A DNA stretch of 64,000 nt, from IMG/VR virus record IMGVR_UViG_3300037512_000559, positions 3,253 through 67,252 of that record; one strand, written 5' to 3'. Each line of letters begins with the position of its first letter. The first letter of the stretch is position 1. Position numbers and translations under genes: made by a program. Positions 35,510-43,234 of this stretch are shown one piece after another. A model generated the notes under the pieces. That model had not been told where the DNA came from. It was given only the letters and a program-made list of their open reading frames with translations, and ran no database searches. The stretch is from a virus. Lineage: Duplodnaviria; Caudoviricetes.

Positions 35510-35881
35510 TCACTCCCCGGCCCCCGTTTCGTTTTCGGCAACGGTTATAACCCCGTCCCCGTCCTGTTCCAAGTGGAAGCCAAGCCCGTCTATTATAAGA
35601 CCAGCAACGCCCGGCTCCACTTCGTCCCCTCGGCGCAACCGCCTCAAAGCCTCATCAAGGGCTACAAAGTACAGGCAATTATCGTAACCGCCCTTTTTAT
35701 GCAGCCCCCGCCCCTTTGCTTTCTGCCAGACTTCCGAAAGGATTTCAAGGTATAACCCCCGCCCCCTTTCTTCTTTCATAGCCCCCTCCCTTTCTTTTTC
35801 GTCCCCTCTGCTTTTTGCAAACACCAGAAGGATTACCGGGATTTCAAAGGCAAGCGCGATTAGAAACCATTTTACAATCAT
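35510..35881 (-). CDS. Membrane-anchored hypothetical protein
   Basis: N-terminal TM segment; coupled (ATGA) to the upstream peptide. Confidence 0.5.
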   Translation of the reverse strand: MIVKWFLIALAFEIPVILLVFAKSRGDEKEREGAMKEERGRGLYLEILSEVWQKAKGRGLHKKGGYDNCLYFVALDEALRRLRRGDEVEPGVAGLIIDGLGFHLEQDGDGVITVAENETGAGE

Positions 35882-35985
35882 TTTGGTTCGGACTTAAAAA
35901 AGTGGATAACGCATTTTACAAAGGTTGCAATTACTTTGCAGCCAAGAGCGGTCATAACCGCCCAGAGAAATACGGTAGTGTTCAT
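35878..35985 (-). CDS. 35-aa hydrophobic peptide
   Basis: Manual translation MNTTVFLWAVMTALGCKVIATFVKCVIHFFKSEPK; conserved start motif. Confidence 0.5.
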   Translation of the reverse strand: MNTTVFLWAVMTALGCKVIATFVKCVIHFFKSEPK

Positions 35986-36048
35986 AAGGCAAAATAATTT
36001 AGTGAATTTAGCAGAAGCGGCCCGGCCAGAGGCCGCTCCCGGTTGGCA

Positions 36049-36306
36049 TTAGTTGTAAATCGTAAAATCCGAAGCCGGACGGAAAGTACAGGTATATCTG
36101 GATGGCGAAAAATACGGCTTCCGATATGTCCAATTTACATTCTTGTAGGAACTGTCCGAGCCGAAACCGTCAAGCATTTTATTAGCTTCGTTCCAATTCT
36201 GGCAAATGGCAACCTGTTTGTGTATCTTGTTTTCGGCGTGACCCCAGCCGGACACAGTAACCGAAATCCAAGCGGACGAGGGGCAAAGTTTAGCAAGATT
36301 TTTCAT
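36049..36306 (-). CDS. Early cassette gene, hypothetical
   Basis: ORF with the conserved start motif. Confidence 0.6.
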   Translation of the reverse strand: MKNLAKLCPSSAWISVTVSGWGHAENKIHKQVAICQNWNEANKMLDGFGSDSSYKNVNWTYRKPYFSPSRYTCTFRPASDFTIYN

Positions 36307-36375
36307 AAGGCATCAATTTAGTGGATTGGAAGCCCGGAAGCCGTCACCAGCAAACCGGGCCGGAAGCGTAGAACG

Positions 36376-36765
36376 TCACCCGATAATAGATATTCGCCCG
36401 GCGTTATAATAGTATTCAAACGAGGAGCCAGAGCGAGAAATAACACGATACACAGGAACGAAGAAAGGGAAATAACGGCCAACGTTATAAAAGTCTACGA
36501 GGGCGAAGCGGTCGAAATTGTTTATGATTTCCTGTTCACGATACCCAAATGGGTTGTTTTTACGTTCAATTCCGCGAGGCGTTTTCCACTGGTTAAGAAG
36601 CCAAGAAAGCCCCTTTTTTGTTTGCTCCTGTGTTATCCTCAAATTCCCATTATTAAAAATCTCCCAGACATCCGCCCCACGATTTGCGCGGGATTTAATT
36701 GTAATTATTTGGCGTTCAGTAATTACGCCAGCAGCGGCGATTGTTTCATAAAAATTAGTTTTCAT
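36376..36765 (-). CDS. First early cassette gene, hypothetical
   Basis: ORF with the conserved start motif. Confidence 0.6.
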   Translation of the reverse strand: MKTNFYETIAAAGVITERQIITIKSRANRGADVWEIFNNGNLRITQEQTKKGLSWLLNQWKTPRGIERKNNPFGYREQEIINNFDRFALVDFYNVGRYFPFFVPVYRVISRSGSSFEYYYNAGRISIIG

Positions 36766-37249
36766 AAGGCGATAAATTTAATTAGTGAATTTTGAGAGCC
36801 AGCAACCCGCGAAGGTTGAAGGCCCTTTTTGCGTCCCGCCCTTGCGGGGCTTGTGGTTTTTCCGTATTCTGCAATTCAACTGTTAAAGTATCCAACCACC
36901 AAAGCAAAGACCAGCAGCGGCCCCGGTTTATTTAGACACCCCCGGCGGAGTGTAAAAAGTTTTGCCTATCTGATTATATCAAAATGTCAAAGAGCGAAGG
37001 CGGGCGGGCGTTTGAGGTTCGCACTAAATCCCAATACAAATATAATAAATATATTGTTAGGTTGTACCAATAAAATGAAAAATTTTGCAAAAAAAGTGAA
37101 ATTGCGGAGTTTTGACAATTCGCAACACATTTTGACAATACCAAAGACCACAAGAGGCAACACCCAGAACCACCGAACCAAGACAGGACAAGACCAGAAA
37201 TAAAGCCGTTTTGGGTGGACGATGAGAGAGGAACAAAATGCCGGGTTTA

Positions 37250-37282
37250 TTTGGGTGTCGCGTCCATTTGTCGCTATCTTTG
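37250..37282 (+). promoter_or_regulatory. Bacteroidetes promoter upstream of the TerS-like gene
   Basis: TTTG-N21-TATCTTTG. Confidence 0.65.
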
Positions 37283-37304
37283 TAAATGGTTTATTTGTTG
37301 ACAG

Positions 37305-37850
37305 ATGGAAACAACATTACAAAGTACGACAATAACGGAGAGAGAAAAGGCCGCAATCCGTTTGCACGTTTTCGGAAGTGTGGAGGATTGGCGACTACTT
37401 TACACCCTTGCAGGGGGCAAGCAGGGAGGAACGCCAGCCACGACAACGCATTATATATCAAAGTGGAAGAACGCGCCGAAGGTAGCCGCAGAAATAGAAG
37501 CCCAGAAGCGCGAAAAGTTCGCAGCAGATGAGGCAATAAAAGAGAGATTGCGCGAGGAGATAAGGAGAGAGGACGAGAGGCGAGGAAGTGAAGCGCCGGA
37601 GCGAGCAACAAGGCAAAAAGTCGATTACGCCAACCCGGACGAGCAAAAACGACTATTAAACGACCTAATAAATAACACAAACGACCCCGACCAGAAACTC
37701 GACGCGCTTAAAATTATAATTGCAGGCCAGCGCGACGACAGACAAGCAGCGAAGGAGGGAAAGCAAGTAAGGGCGTATTTACCGCAAAATTGCCGCGATT
37801 GTGTTCTGTATCAAAGGGAGAAGGCCAAACAGGAGAAGAAAAACCAATAA
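37305..37850 (+). CDS. Putative terminase small subunit
   Basis: N-terminal HTH-like region (..SKWKNAPKVAAEI), charged coiled coil, then K.DAL.II oligomerization-like helix and C-terminal CxxC. Confidence 0.45.
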   Translation: METTLQSTTITEREKAAIRLHVFGSVEDWRLLYTLAGGKQGGTPATTTHYISKWKNAPKVAAEIEAQKREKFAADEAIKERLREEIRREDERRGSEAPERATRQKVDYANPDEQKRLLNDLINNTNDPDQKLDALKIIIAGQRDDRQAAKEGKQVRAYLPQNCRDCVLYQREKAKQEKKNQ

Positions 37851-38025
37851 TATACATTATATTATTAGGAAAAGAGACGCGAACCGCCAACGAGGGGAGG
37901 GGCCACCCCAAAACCCGGAAACATATCGCTCTCCCTTCCGACCCAAAATTATTTTTGCCAATTTTTTTGACCCCATCTACCAAGTCCCAGATTTTTTTTC
38001 TGGGATTTTTTTATGCTCCAGCCCG

Positions 38026-38304
38026 AAACTCGCACAAAACTCTGCAAACTCGCACCAAAGTCGCAACATTTTTGTCTTTGTAACAACCTCAAAATCTTGA
38101 TATTGCAAGAAAATATACGACTTTCGTTACTTTTTTTGGACACTTTACGCGAAGAAAAATAAAAAGATATATATGCGTGTATGTGTATAAAGAGTGAAAA
38201 AAAACTTGCGAAACTCGTAGATTTCTTTGTAAACTACTGTGGGAGAAGAACTTGCAGGCGCAACTTTTTTGCGACTTTTGCGACTTTGCCATTAAAAAGT
38301 CGTA
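38026..38304. repeat. Cluster of 9-mer repeats AAA[CG]TCG[CT]A in both orientations (iteron/pac-like)
   Basis: Copies at 38026, 38046, 38057, 38211, 38296 (+) and 38116, 38270, 38279 (-); AT-rich core between them. Confidence 0.75.
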
Positions 38305-38424
38305 GATTTCTCCTGTTTCCGGCATAAAGAAAGCCCCTCACGGCTGGGTGAAGGGCCTGAAAGGACGGAGGTGACGCGATGGCCGGGGCAAGCCTCCTGC
38401 TGCGCACCGCTGCGCTCCGTTTAT

Positions 38425-38529
38425 TGGTTGCGAGAATGGGAGTCGAACCCAATATCCGTAGGTTATGAGCCTCCGATGATTTTTAGCCGAGTGTTTTAAG
38501 CGCGGCCATATCCGTTTCACTCTCTCACG
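38425..38529 (-). tRNA. tRNA-Met(CAU)-like gene with a ~28-nt hairpin inserted in the D-loop
   Basis: CGUGAGA/UCUCGCA-A-CCA (C1:A72), D-stem GUGA/UCAU, loop CUCAUAA, T-loop UUCGACU; 105 nt in total. Confidence 0.75.
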
Positions 38530-38533
38530 GCGG

Positions 38534-38564
38534 CAAAGGTAATACTTTTTTGTTACCGACCAAA
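38534..38564 (-). promoter_or_regulatory. Promoter immediately upstream of the tRNA-Met-like gene
   Basis: TTTG-N19-TACCTTTG; predicted start coincides with the tRNA 5' end. Confidence 0.75.
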
Positions 38565-38569
38565 AATTA

Positions 38570-38601
38570 TTTGCGCTTTGTTGCTTTTGTGTATAACTTT
38601 G
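38570..38601 (+). promoter_or_regulatory. Divergent promoter for the rightward middle operon
   Basis: TTTG-N20-TAACTTTG; ATG at 38610. Confidence 0.7.
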
Positions 38602-38609
38602 TTGCCGTT

Positions 38610-38843
38610 ATGAAGGGCGACCAGCGATTCTTTCTACCCAATGTCTTTATCCCCATAGGTGGTACTATCGTCGTGAAGGGGCGAACATACCGATGCGTCA
38701 AGCGGCCCGATGTAATCCCCAGAAACGCCTGTATGGGTTGTGCCTTTCTCGGTAGCCATTGCCCGCCGAGGATTCAATGTACGAAATCGGAACGGAGTGA
38801 CAAAACCTTCGTATGGTTTGAGGAGGTGAAAGATGCTCGGTAG
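38610..38843 (+). CDS. Cys-rich hypothetical protein
   Basis: C.GCAF...C....C...ER.DK..V.F pattern of Bacteroidales phages. Confidence 0.55.
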   Translation: MKGDQRFFLPNVFIPIGGTIVVKGRTYRCVKRPDVIPRNACMGCAFLGSHCPPRIQCTKSERSDKTFVWFEEVKDAR

Positions 38844-39858
38844 CGGGATTAGGCCGGCGAGCGAGGAGACGGTAAACATCCTTGCCGAGAAGTTCAAGGC
38901 GTTATCGGACGCAGCGGGTAAAACTATGTGGAAATTAGATGAACTGAAAAAATTATATCCCAATTCCAATATGACGATTCACGATTTTTCTCCAATTCCC
39001 GAAGGTTTCTTTGGCGAATCCGGCCTTACTGAAACCTCGGCCAATCACATCGCTAATCTTGCCAAGCTGCACTACGAATCCCTTAAGGGAAAAATTGAGG
39101 CCATCAGCTTCGTGGAGGCCCGCGCCCAGATTGTAGGTTCGGACAAGTCCAATGTCATCAAGAAGGCAAATGTCATCCCGACCGTAGAAATCGTCTCGAA
39201 CCTCGACCGTATTTCCGCCCACAAAGGCTTCATCGCTTTCTTGCGCGAGGCTATCACCGCGAAAGAAGTCTTGATGCGCGAGATTGAGAACTACGAATCC
39301 CCGGAGAGGGCAAACATCCTTGAACCGAAACAGGAGCAGCCCATCACCCGCGCCGATGTGATTGTCGGCTGGAGCATCGGCGAGAGGGAGCGATACCTGT
39401 CGCTTGAAGCCCGCGCTTCCACCTATGGCGAATACATCCACCCCGGCGGCAGCTTTGATTCCGCCCGCAGGGATGCCATTTCGTCCGAAAGCGAACCCAC
39501 GAAGCTCGCACAGGGTGGCTTCACGGGTCGTGACACGATTATCATCGACCGCAAACTGAAAGCCTCTCTCTCCGACATCTCCGTTATGATGGATAGCTTA
39601 CAGGCTGAACATCGCAAGAGCGAAGCCGAACTCAACGGTATGAAGCACACCATCGACGAGGCTATCCGCGTGGATTCGGAGGAAAAGGCCGCAAGATACA
39701 AGGTGGCATACGACGAGTTCATTGAGAAGATGCAGAAGATTCGCATCGCAGAGAACGAAACCAAGATGGCTCGCGCAAAGGAGGTTGCCGCCCTCCGCAT
39801 TGTCATCCCTAAACGATACGCGGAACTTTATAAACAACTAACAAACCAGAAGGACTAA
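38833..39858 (+). CDS. Coiled-coil hypothetical protein (341 aa)
   Basis: GLTETSANHIANLAK and IAFLREAITAK motifs; heptad-rich. Confidence 0.65.
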   Translation: MLGSGIRPASEETVNILAEKFKALSDAAGKTMWKLDELKKLYPNSNMTIHDFSPIPEGFFGESGLTETSANHIANLAKLHYESLKGKIEAISFVEARAQIVGSDKSNVIKKANVIPTVEIVSNLDRISAHKGFIAFLREAITAKEVLMREIENYESPERANILEPKQEQPITRADVIVGWSIGERERYLSLEARASTYGEYIHPGGSFDSARRDAISSESEPTKLAQGGFTGRDTIIIDRKLKASLSDISVMMDSLQAEHRKSEAELNGMKHTIDEAIRVDSEEKAARYKVAYDEFIEKMQKIRIAENETKMARAKEVAALRIVIPKRYAELYKQLTNQKD

Positions 39859-39861
39859 CCC

Positions 39862-40100
39862 CGGACTGATGTCTTGACTGAAACCGAGGCTAACGATTGG
39901 CGTAGTCCGCAAAAAACCTTTTAGGGGGTGTAGGTAACACCCACTGCCGACTACCAAGTTTTCGTTTTTGGAGGAAACGACACTTCACCTATGACTCTCG
40001 CCCAAAGTATCTGTTCCGTACAGAACCTCAGACTTCGCCTTCGCAGGGCGGGAGGTCTTTGTCCTTGTCGTCACCCTAAACTGTGTGGCGGCTCTACGCC
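39862..40100 (+). ncRNA. Candidate multi-hairpin structured RNA
   Basis: Five consecutive stems in a ~260-nt gene-free interval. Confidence 0.35.
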
Positions 40101-40122
40101 ATCGAGTCCTTCCTTGTAACCT

Positions 40123-41439
40123 ATGGCATCCACATTCAGCATTGAACTCCACTCCCTGCTTTCCGCTCGCCACGACGACATCGCTTCCGCCCGTGGCGTG
40201 AAGGGCGTGAACGACCGCGTGGATGCCATAACCCTTCTGGTGCGCGATGCGCTCCGTCATTCATCCCTCTGCTTCATCGGTGGTGGTGATTTCCACTATT
40301 TCAACGGAATGTTCTACGAACGGGCGGACAAACTCTCAATTCTCGCCGATTTGAGCAACGTTCTCGTTGATTTGGGCTTCTCGCCTACCGATGTTCGGAG
40401 GATGGGCGAAATGCCGCTATCCGTGGTCGTGGAGCGGTCTTACGCGCCCAATCCCTTCCTCCTTTGCTTCAACAACGGCATACTTGAGGTGCGTGGTCTT
40501 GAGTTCGGAGACATAAACCCAAGACGAATCGTGACTGAGCGGATGCCATACGACTACGACCCGGAGGCAAAATGCCCCGCGTGGGAAACCTTCTTGGCGG
40601 AGGTGCTTCCAGACCCGTCCGTCCGGCTCGTCCTCCAAGAGTTTTTCGGTATGTGCTACCTCGACCGCTCGCGTATGTCCGTAGAGAAGTTTCTCCTCCT
40701 CATTGGGGCGGGAGCAAACGGCAAGAGTGTAATCTTTGAGGTGATGAAAAAGGCTATCGGCGACGACAACGTTTCCACCTTCGATAGCCAGCAGCTTACA
40801 AGCGAGAAGATGATACCCTATGTCAAGGGTAAACGCCTCAACTTCGCCCCGGATATGCGCCGCACCTCTGACTTCGATTCTTCGCTCAAGGCTCTGGCTT
40901 CGGGGCAGGATGTCGCAGGGCGTAAAATCTACGGCGATGCGGAGAAAATCAAGTGTCCGCCCCTCGTCTTTGCGATGAATGAAATGCCGAGGTTCAACGA
41001 CACCACCGATGCCTTCTTCCGCCGCCTCGTCCCCATCCGTTTCGACATCACCATTCCGCCGGAGCGACAAGATAAGCACCTCGTCCGTAAGATAACCGAT
41101 TCCGACCTTCCCGGCATCTTCAACTGGATAATCGAAGGAAGGAACCGTCTCGTCCGGCAGGGTGGTGAGTTTACCCGTAGCGAGGCGATTGAATCGTACT
41201 CAAAAGAACTGCGAACCATTATTGATGCCCGGCAAGCACCAGTTCGCACCTATCTCGCGTCGCGTGGTCTGAGTGTCTATCCCTTGTATGACGGTCAGAC
41301 CACCGTAAAGGTCTCTCAGCGCGAAATCGCTCTTGGTGTTGGCGACATATCACCTACGGCCATCACGCGGGAAATGAACCGATATGGCGTTGCGATGCAC
41401 CGAAGCCGTGAAATCTTCTATCGAGTGTACCAGATATGA
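40123..41439 (+). CDS. P4/D5-family primase-associated SF3 helicase
   Basis: FNNGIL, YDYDP.AKCPAWETFL, LIGAGANGKSV, FAMNEMP and FFRR motifs. Confidence 0.85.
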   Translation: MASTFSIELHSLLSARHDDIASARGVKGVNDRVDAITLLVRDALRHSSLCFIGGGDFHYFNGMFYERADKLSILADLSNVLVDLGFSPTDVRRMGEMPLSVVVERSYAPNPFLLCFNNGILEVRGLEFGDINPRRIVTERMPYDYDPEAKCPAWETFLAEVLPDPSVRLVLQEFFGMCYLDRSRMSVEKFLLLIGAGANGKSVIFEVMKKAIGDDNVSTFDSQQLTSEKMIPYVKGKRLNFAPDMRRTSDFDSSLKALASGQDVAGRKIYGDAEKIKCPPLVFAMNEMPRFNDTTDAFFRRLVPIRFDITIPPERQDKHLVRKITDSDLPGIFNWIIEGRNRLVRQGGEFTRSEAIESYSKELRTIIDARQAPVRTYLASRGLSVYPLYDGQTTVKVSQREIALGVGDISPTAITREMNRYGVAMHRSREIFYRVYQI

Positions 41440-41855
41440 ACCTAAAGAAACGCATAGCCAAGAAACTCGCGCCGTTTGTGGATAAGTATTGCCCTATTGC
41501 GCCTGTTACTCTCCCTACGCCCGTAATCAAAGAAACAATCCCGTATGAGAGGATGCGATGTGTCGTGGCTATTGATGCGCGGTATGCCGAAGGGATTGTA
41601 AAGAATGACGCGGGGCCGCTCAAATCTGGCGCATTGTTCTTCCGCGATGCCGTCTATGAAAGGGCGCGAGAACACGCAGTCGATGAGATAGTGAAAAAGC
41701 TAATATCCGACAAGTTCATCAAGTTTGAGTTGAGCGAGGATGGGCTTGAATATCGCGCATCTATGATTGCGGTTCGCCCCGACGACATCGCGGATGGGAG
41801 AAAACGGCTTGAGGCGGAATTTGTACCCACAAAAATCGAATATCAACGAATCTAA
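41436..41855 (+). CDS. Hypothetical protein
   Basis: ORF track; coupled. Confidence 0.5.
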   Translation: MNLKKRIAKKLAPFVDKYCPIAPVTLPTPVIKETIPYERMRCVVAIDARYAEGIVKNDAGPLKSGALFFRDAVYERAREHAVDEIVKKLISDKFIKFELSEDGLEYRASMIAVRPDDIADGRKRLEAEFVPTKIEYQRI

Positions 41856-41859
41856 ATAT

Positions 41860-42117
41860 ATGGCAAAGAAACACTCCAATCTCTACAATGCTGGCACGTT
41901 CGGGGAAATCCTTAACGCCAGACCTCCGAAGATGCCCTACGATAAGTATGTGGCAGAAAGAATGGCGCAGACCAAACGGCTCAAGAGCCGCCTCAACGGT
42001 TTTATGGTCTGGAAGTCCAAATGTATCTCCATCTTGAACGAAAGAGGTGAAGTCGTACCCGGCGGTGAATCGTGGGGTACGCTCGTTGGCCCCGTACCGT
42101 CCATTAGAATCAAATAA
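41860..42117 (+). CDS. Hypothetical protein
   Basis: ATG at 41860, just after the previous stop. Confidence 0.5.
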   Translation: MAKKHSNLYNAGTFGEILNARPPKMPYDKYVAERMAQTKRLKSRLNGFMVWKSKCISILNERGEVVPGGESWGTLVGPVPSIRIK

Positions 42118-42129
42118 AACCATAAAGCT

Positions 42130-42330
42130 ATGCAAATCGGAATACCAGCCATCTTGGGAATCGTTTTTGTGATTCTCAAACTCTGCGGAGTTATCGCTTG
42201 GTCGTGGTGGTGGGTCACTTGCCCGTTCTGGGGCGGACTCGCCTTAATTGCGGCCTTCTACCTCATCGTGGGTGTATTGAAGCTCACCATAAACGGAATT
42301 GGAAAGCTCAAAAAATTGGGGCGCAAGTAA
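42130..42330 (+). CDS. Small membrane protein
   Basis: VFVILKLCGVIAWSWWWVTCPFWG motif common in phages. Confidence 0.65.
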   Translation: MQIGIPAILGIVFVILKLCGVIAWSWWWVTCPFWGGLALIAAFYLIVGVLKLTINGIGKLKKLGRK

Positions 42331-42779
42331 TGAAAATCAAGAACGGAAAGGCGCATCTTGAGAAGGGCGAGGTGCGCATCGGAAATTTCTTCGTGAAGGA
42401 GGAATCGGAACACGTTAAGGTTACTGACCTCAACGCCGTGTTCTCCTTCCGCGTTCGCAAGGCAATCCCTGTTGGAATGTTCATCTACCAATCCCTTGAG
42501 GCCATCCGAAAGGGTGAGGAAGGTCACGCGAAGGGAATGGGTAACTACCTCGCGGTTCTCTGGTCGTTGATGTCAACCATCCCGGATGGCGAGTTCTTAG
42601 AAACCGCCTACCACGCTTGCGAGGATTGTATGAAACGCCACCCGGAGGTGTACGGCTTGAAGGCCGGAGAGCCTACCGAGGAGGAGCAGCAGAAGGCCGA
42701 GAGTGAGGTAAAGGAGATGATGCAATTCGAGGAAGAAGCTGAAAGATTAAAGGAAAATGAAGGTACTGAAACACGGTAA
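42330..42779 (+). CDS. Hypothetical protein
   Basis: ATG at 42330 coupled to the previous stop. Confidence 0.55.
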   Translation: MKIKNGKAHLEKGEVRIGNFFVKEESEHVKVTDLNAVFSFRVRKAIPVGMFIYQSLEAIRKGEEGHAKGMGNYLAVLWSLMSTIPDGEFLETAYHACEDCMKRHPEVYGLKAGEPTEEEQQKAESEVKEMMQFEEEAERLKENEGTETR

Positions 42780-42975
42780 CACAACGCGCCTTACGGCCAC
42801 TTGCCCGCATTGCGGCTGCGAGTTCGAGTTCCTTGAGACGGAAGCCATCGCCGGATGGTCGCCAAAGGATTTGTATATCCATTGCCCGGAGTGCCACGAT
42901 GTAGTCCGGGAGGTTCATTTCAAAGAACCGAGCGATGGCAACGAAAATCGGAAATACAACCCTCGCAAGGGGTAG
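42757..42975 (+). CDS. Zinc-ribbon protein
   Basis: CPHCGCEF and CPEC. Confidence 0.55.
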   Translation: MKVLKHGNTTRLTATCPHCGCEFEFLETEAIAGWSPKDLYIHCPECHDVVREVHFKEPSDGNENRKYNPRKG

Positions 42976-43123
42976 AAGGGTGCGGGTTGCGCAGCCGGAC
43001 GGCTCCATCGCCTACTTGGAGTGGGCGAACCGCATTGATACGCCGATGCAAGATACTTTGGGGCAGAATCTCGCTGAGAGGTACAACGACTCCCTGCGCG
43101 GGTTTTGCGATTTTCCGCTATAA
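42935..43123 (+). CDS. Hypothetical protein
   Basis: ORF track. Confidence 0.4.
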   Translation: MATKIGNTTLARGRRVRVAQPDGSIAYLEWANRIDTPMQDTLGQNLAERYNDSLRGFCDFPL

Positions 43124-43196
43124 CGAAAACCGCCCCGCGTTTCACAACGAAGGGCGGCAAAATTCACTAAATTTATTGCCTTATGTTTCCATAAGA
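43123..43196 (-). ncRNA. Candidate trans-acting antisense sRNA complementary to early-gene start regions
   Basis: Core CAUAAGGCAAUAAAUUUAGUGAAUUUUG; 3' terminator CCGCCCUUCG/CGCGGGGCGG-UUUU; 5' CUUAUG-GAAA-CAUAAG hairpin. Confidence 0.65.
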
Positions 43197-43202
43197 ACAC
43201 CA

Positions 43203-43234
43203 CAAAGGTAGTCTTTTTCTTTGGAAATGCCAAA
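43203..43234 (-). promoter_or_regulatory. Promoter of the candidate sRNA
   Basis: TTTG-N20-TACCTTTG on the minus strand, immediately after the RusA-like stop. Confidence 0.7.

Larger units (their letters stand above)
33743..36793 (-). repeat. Repeated start-associated element (hairpin + CAAA-TCACTAAA-N5-8-GCCTT-ATG) before nearly every gene of the array
   Basis: Nine copies at start codons 33745, 34009, 34270, 34523, 35150, 35468, 35985, 36306 and 36765 (two more at 21027 and 26175). Confidence 0.9.

Noticed and set aside
33743-36793. CRISPR array or classical integron
   Set aside because: The repeats are short, degenerate and fused to start codons, with whole genes between them; no cas genes, and no attC-type GTTRRRY/RYYYAAC core was recognised.
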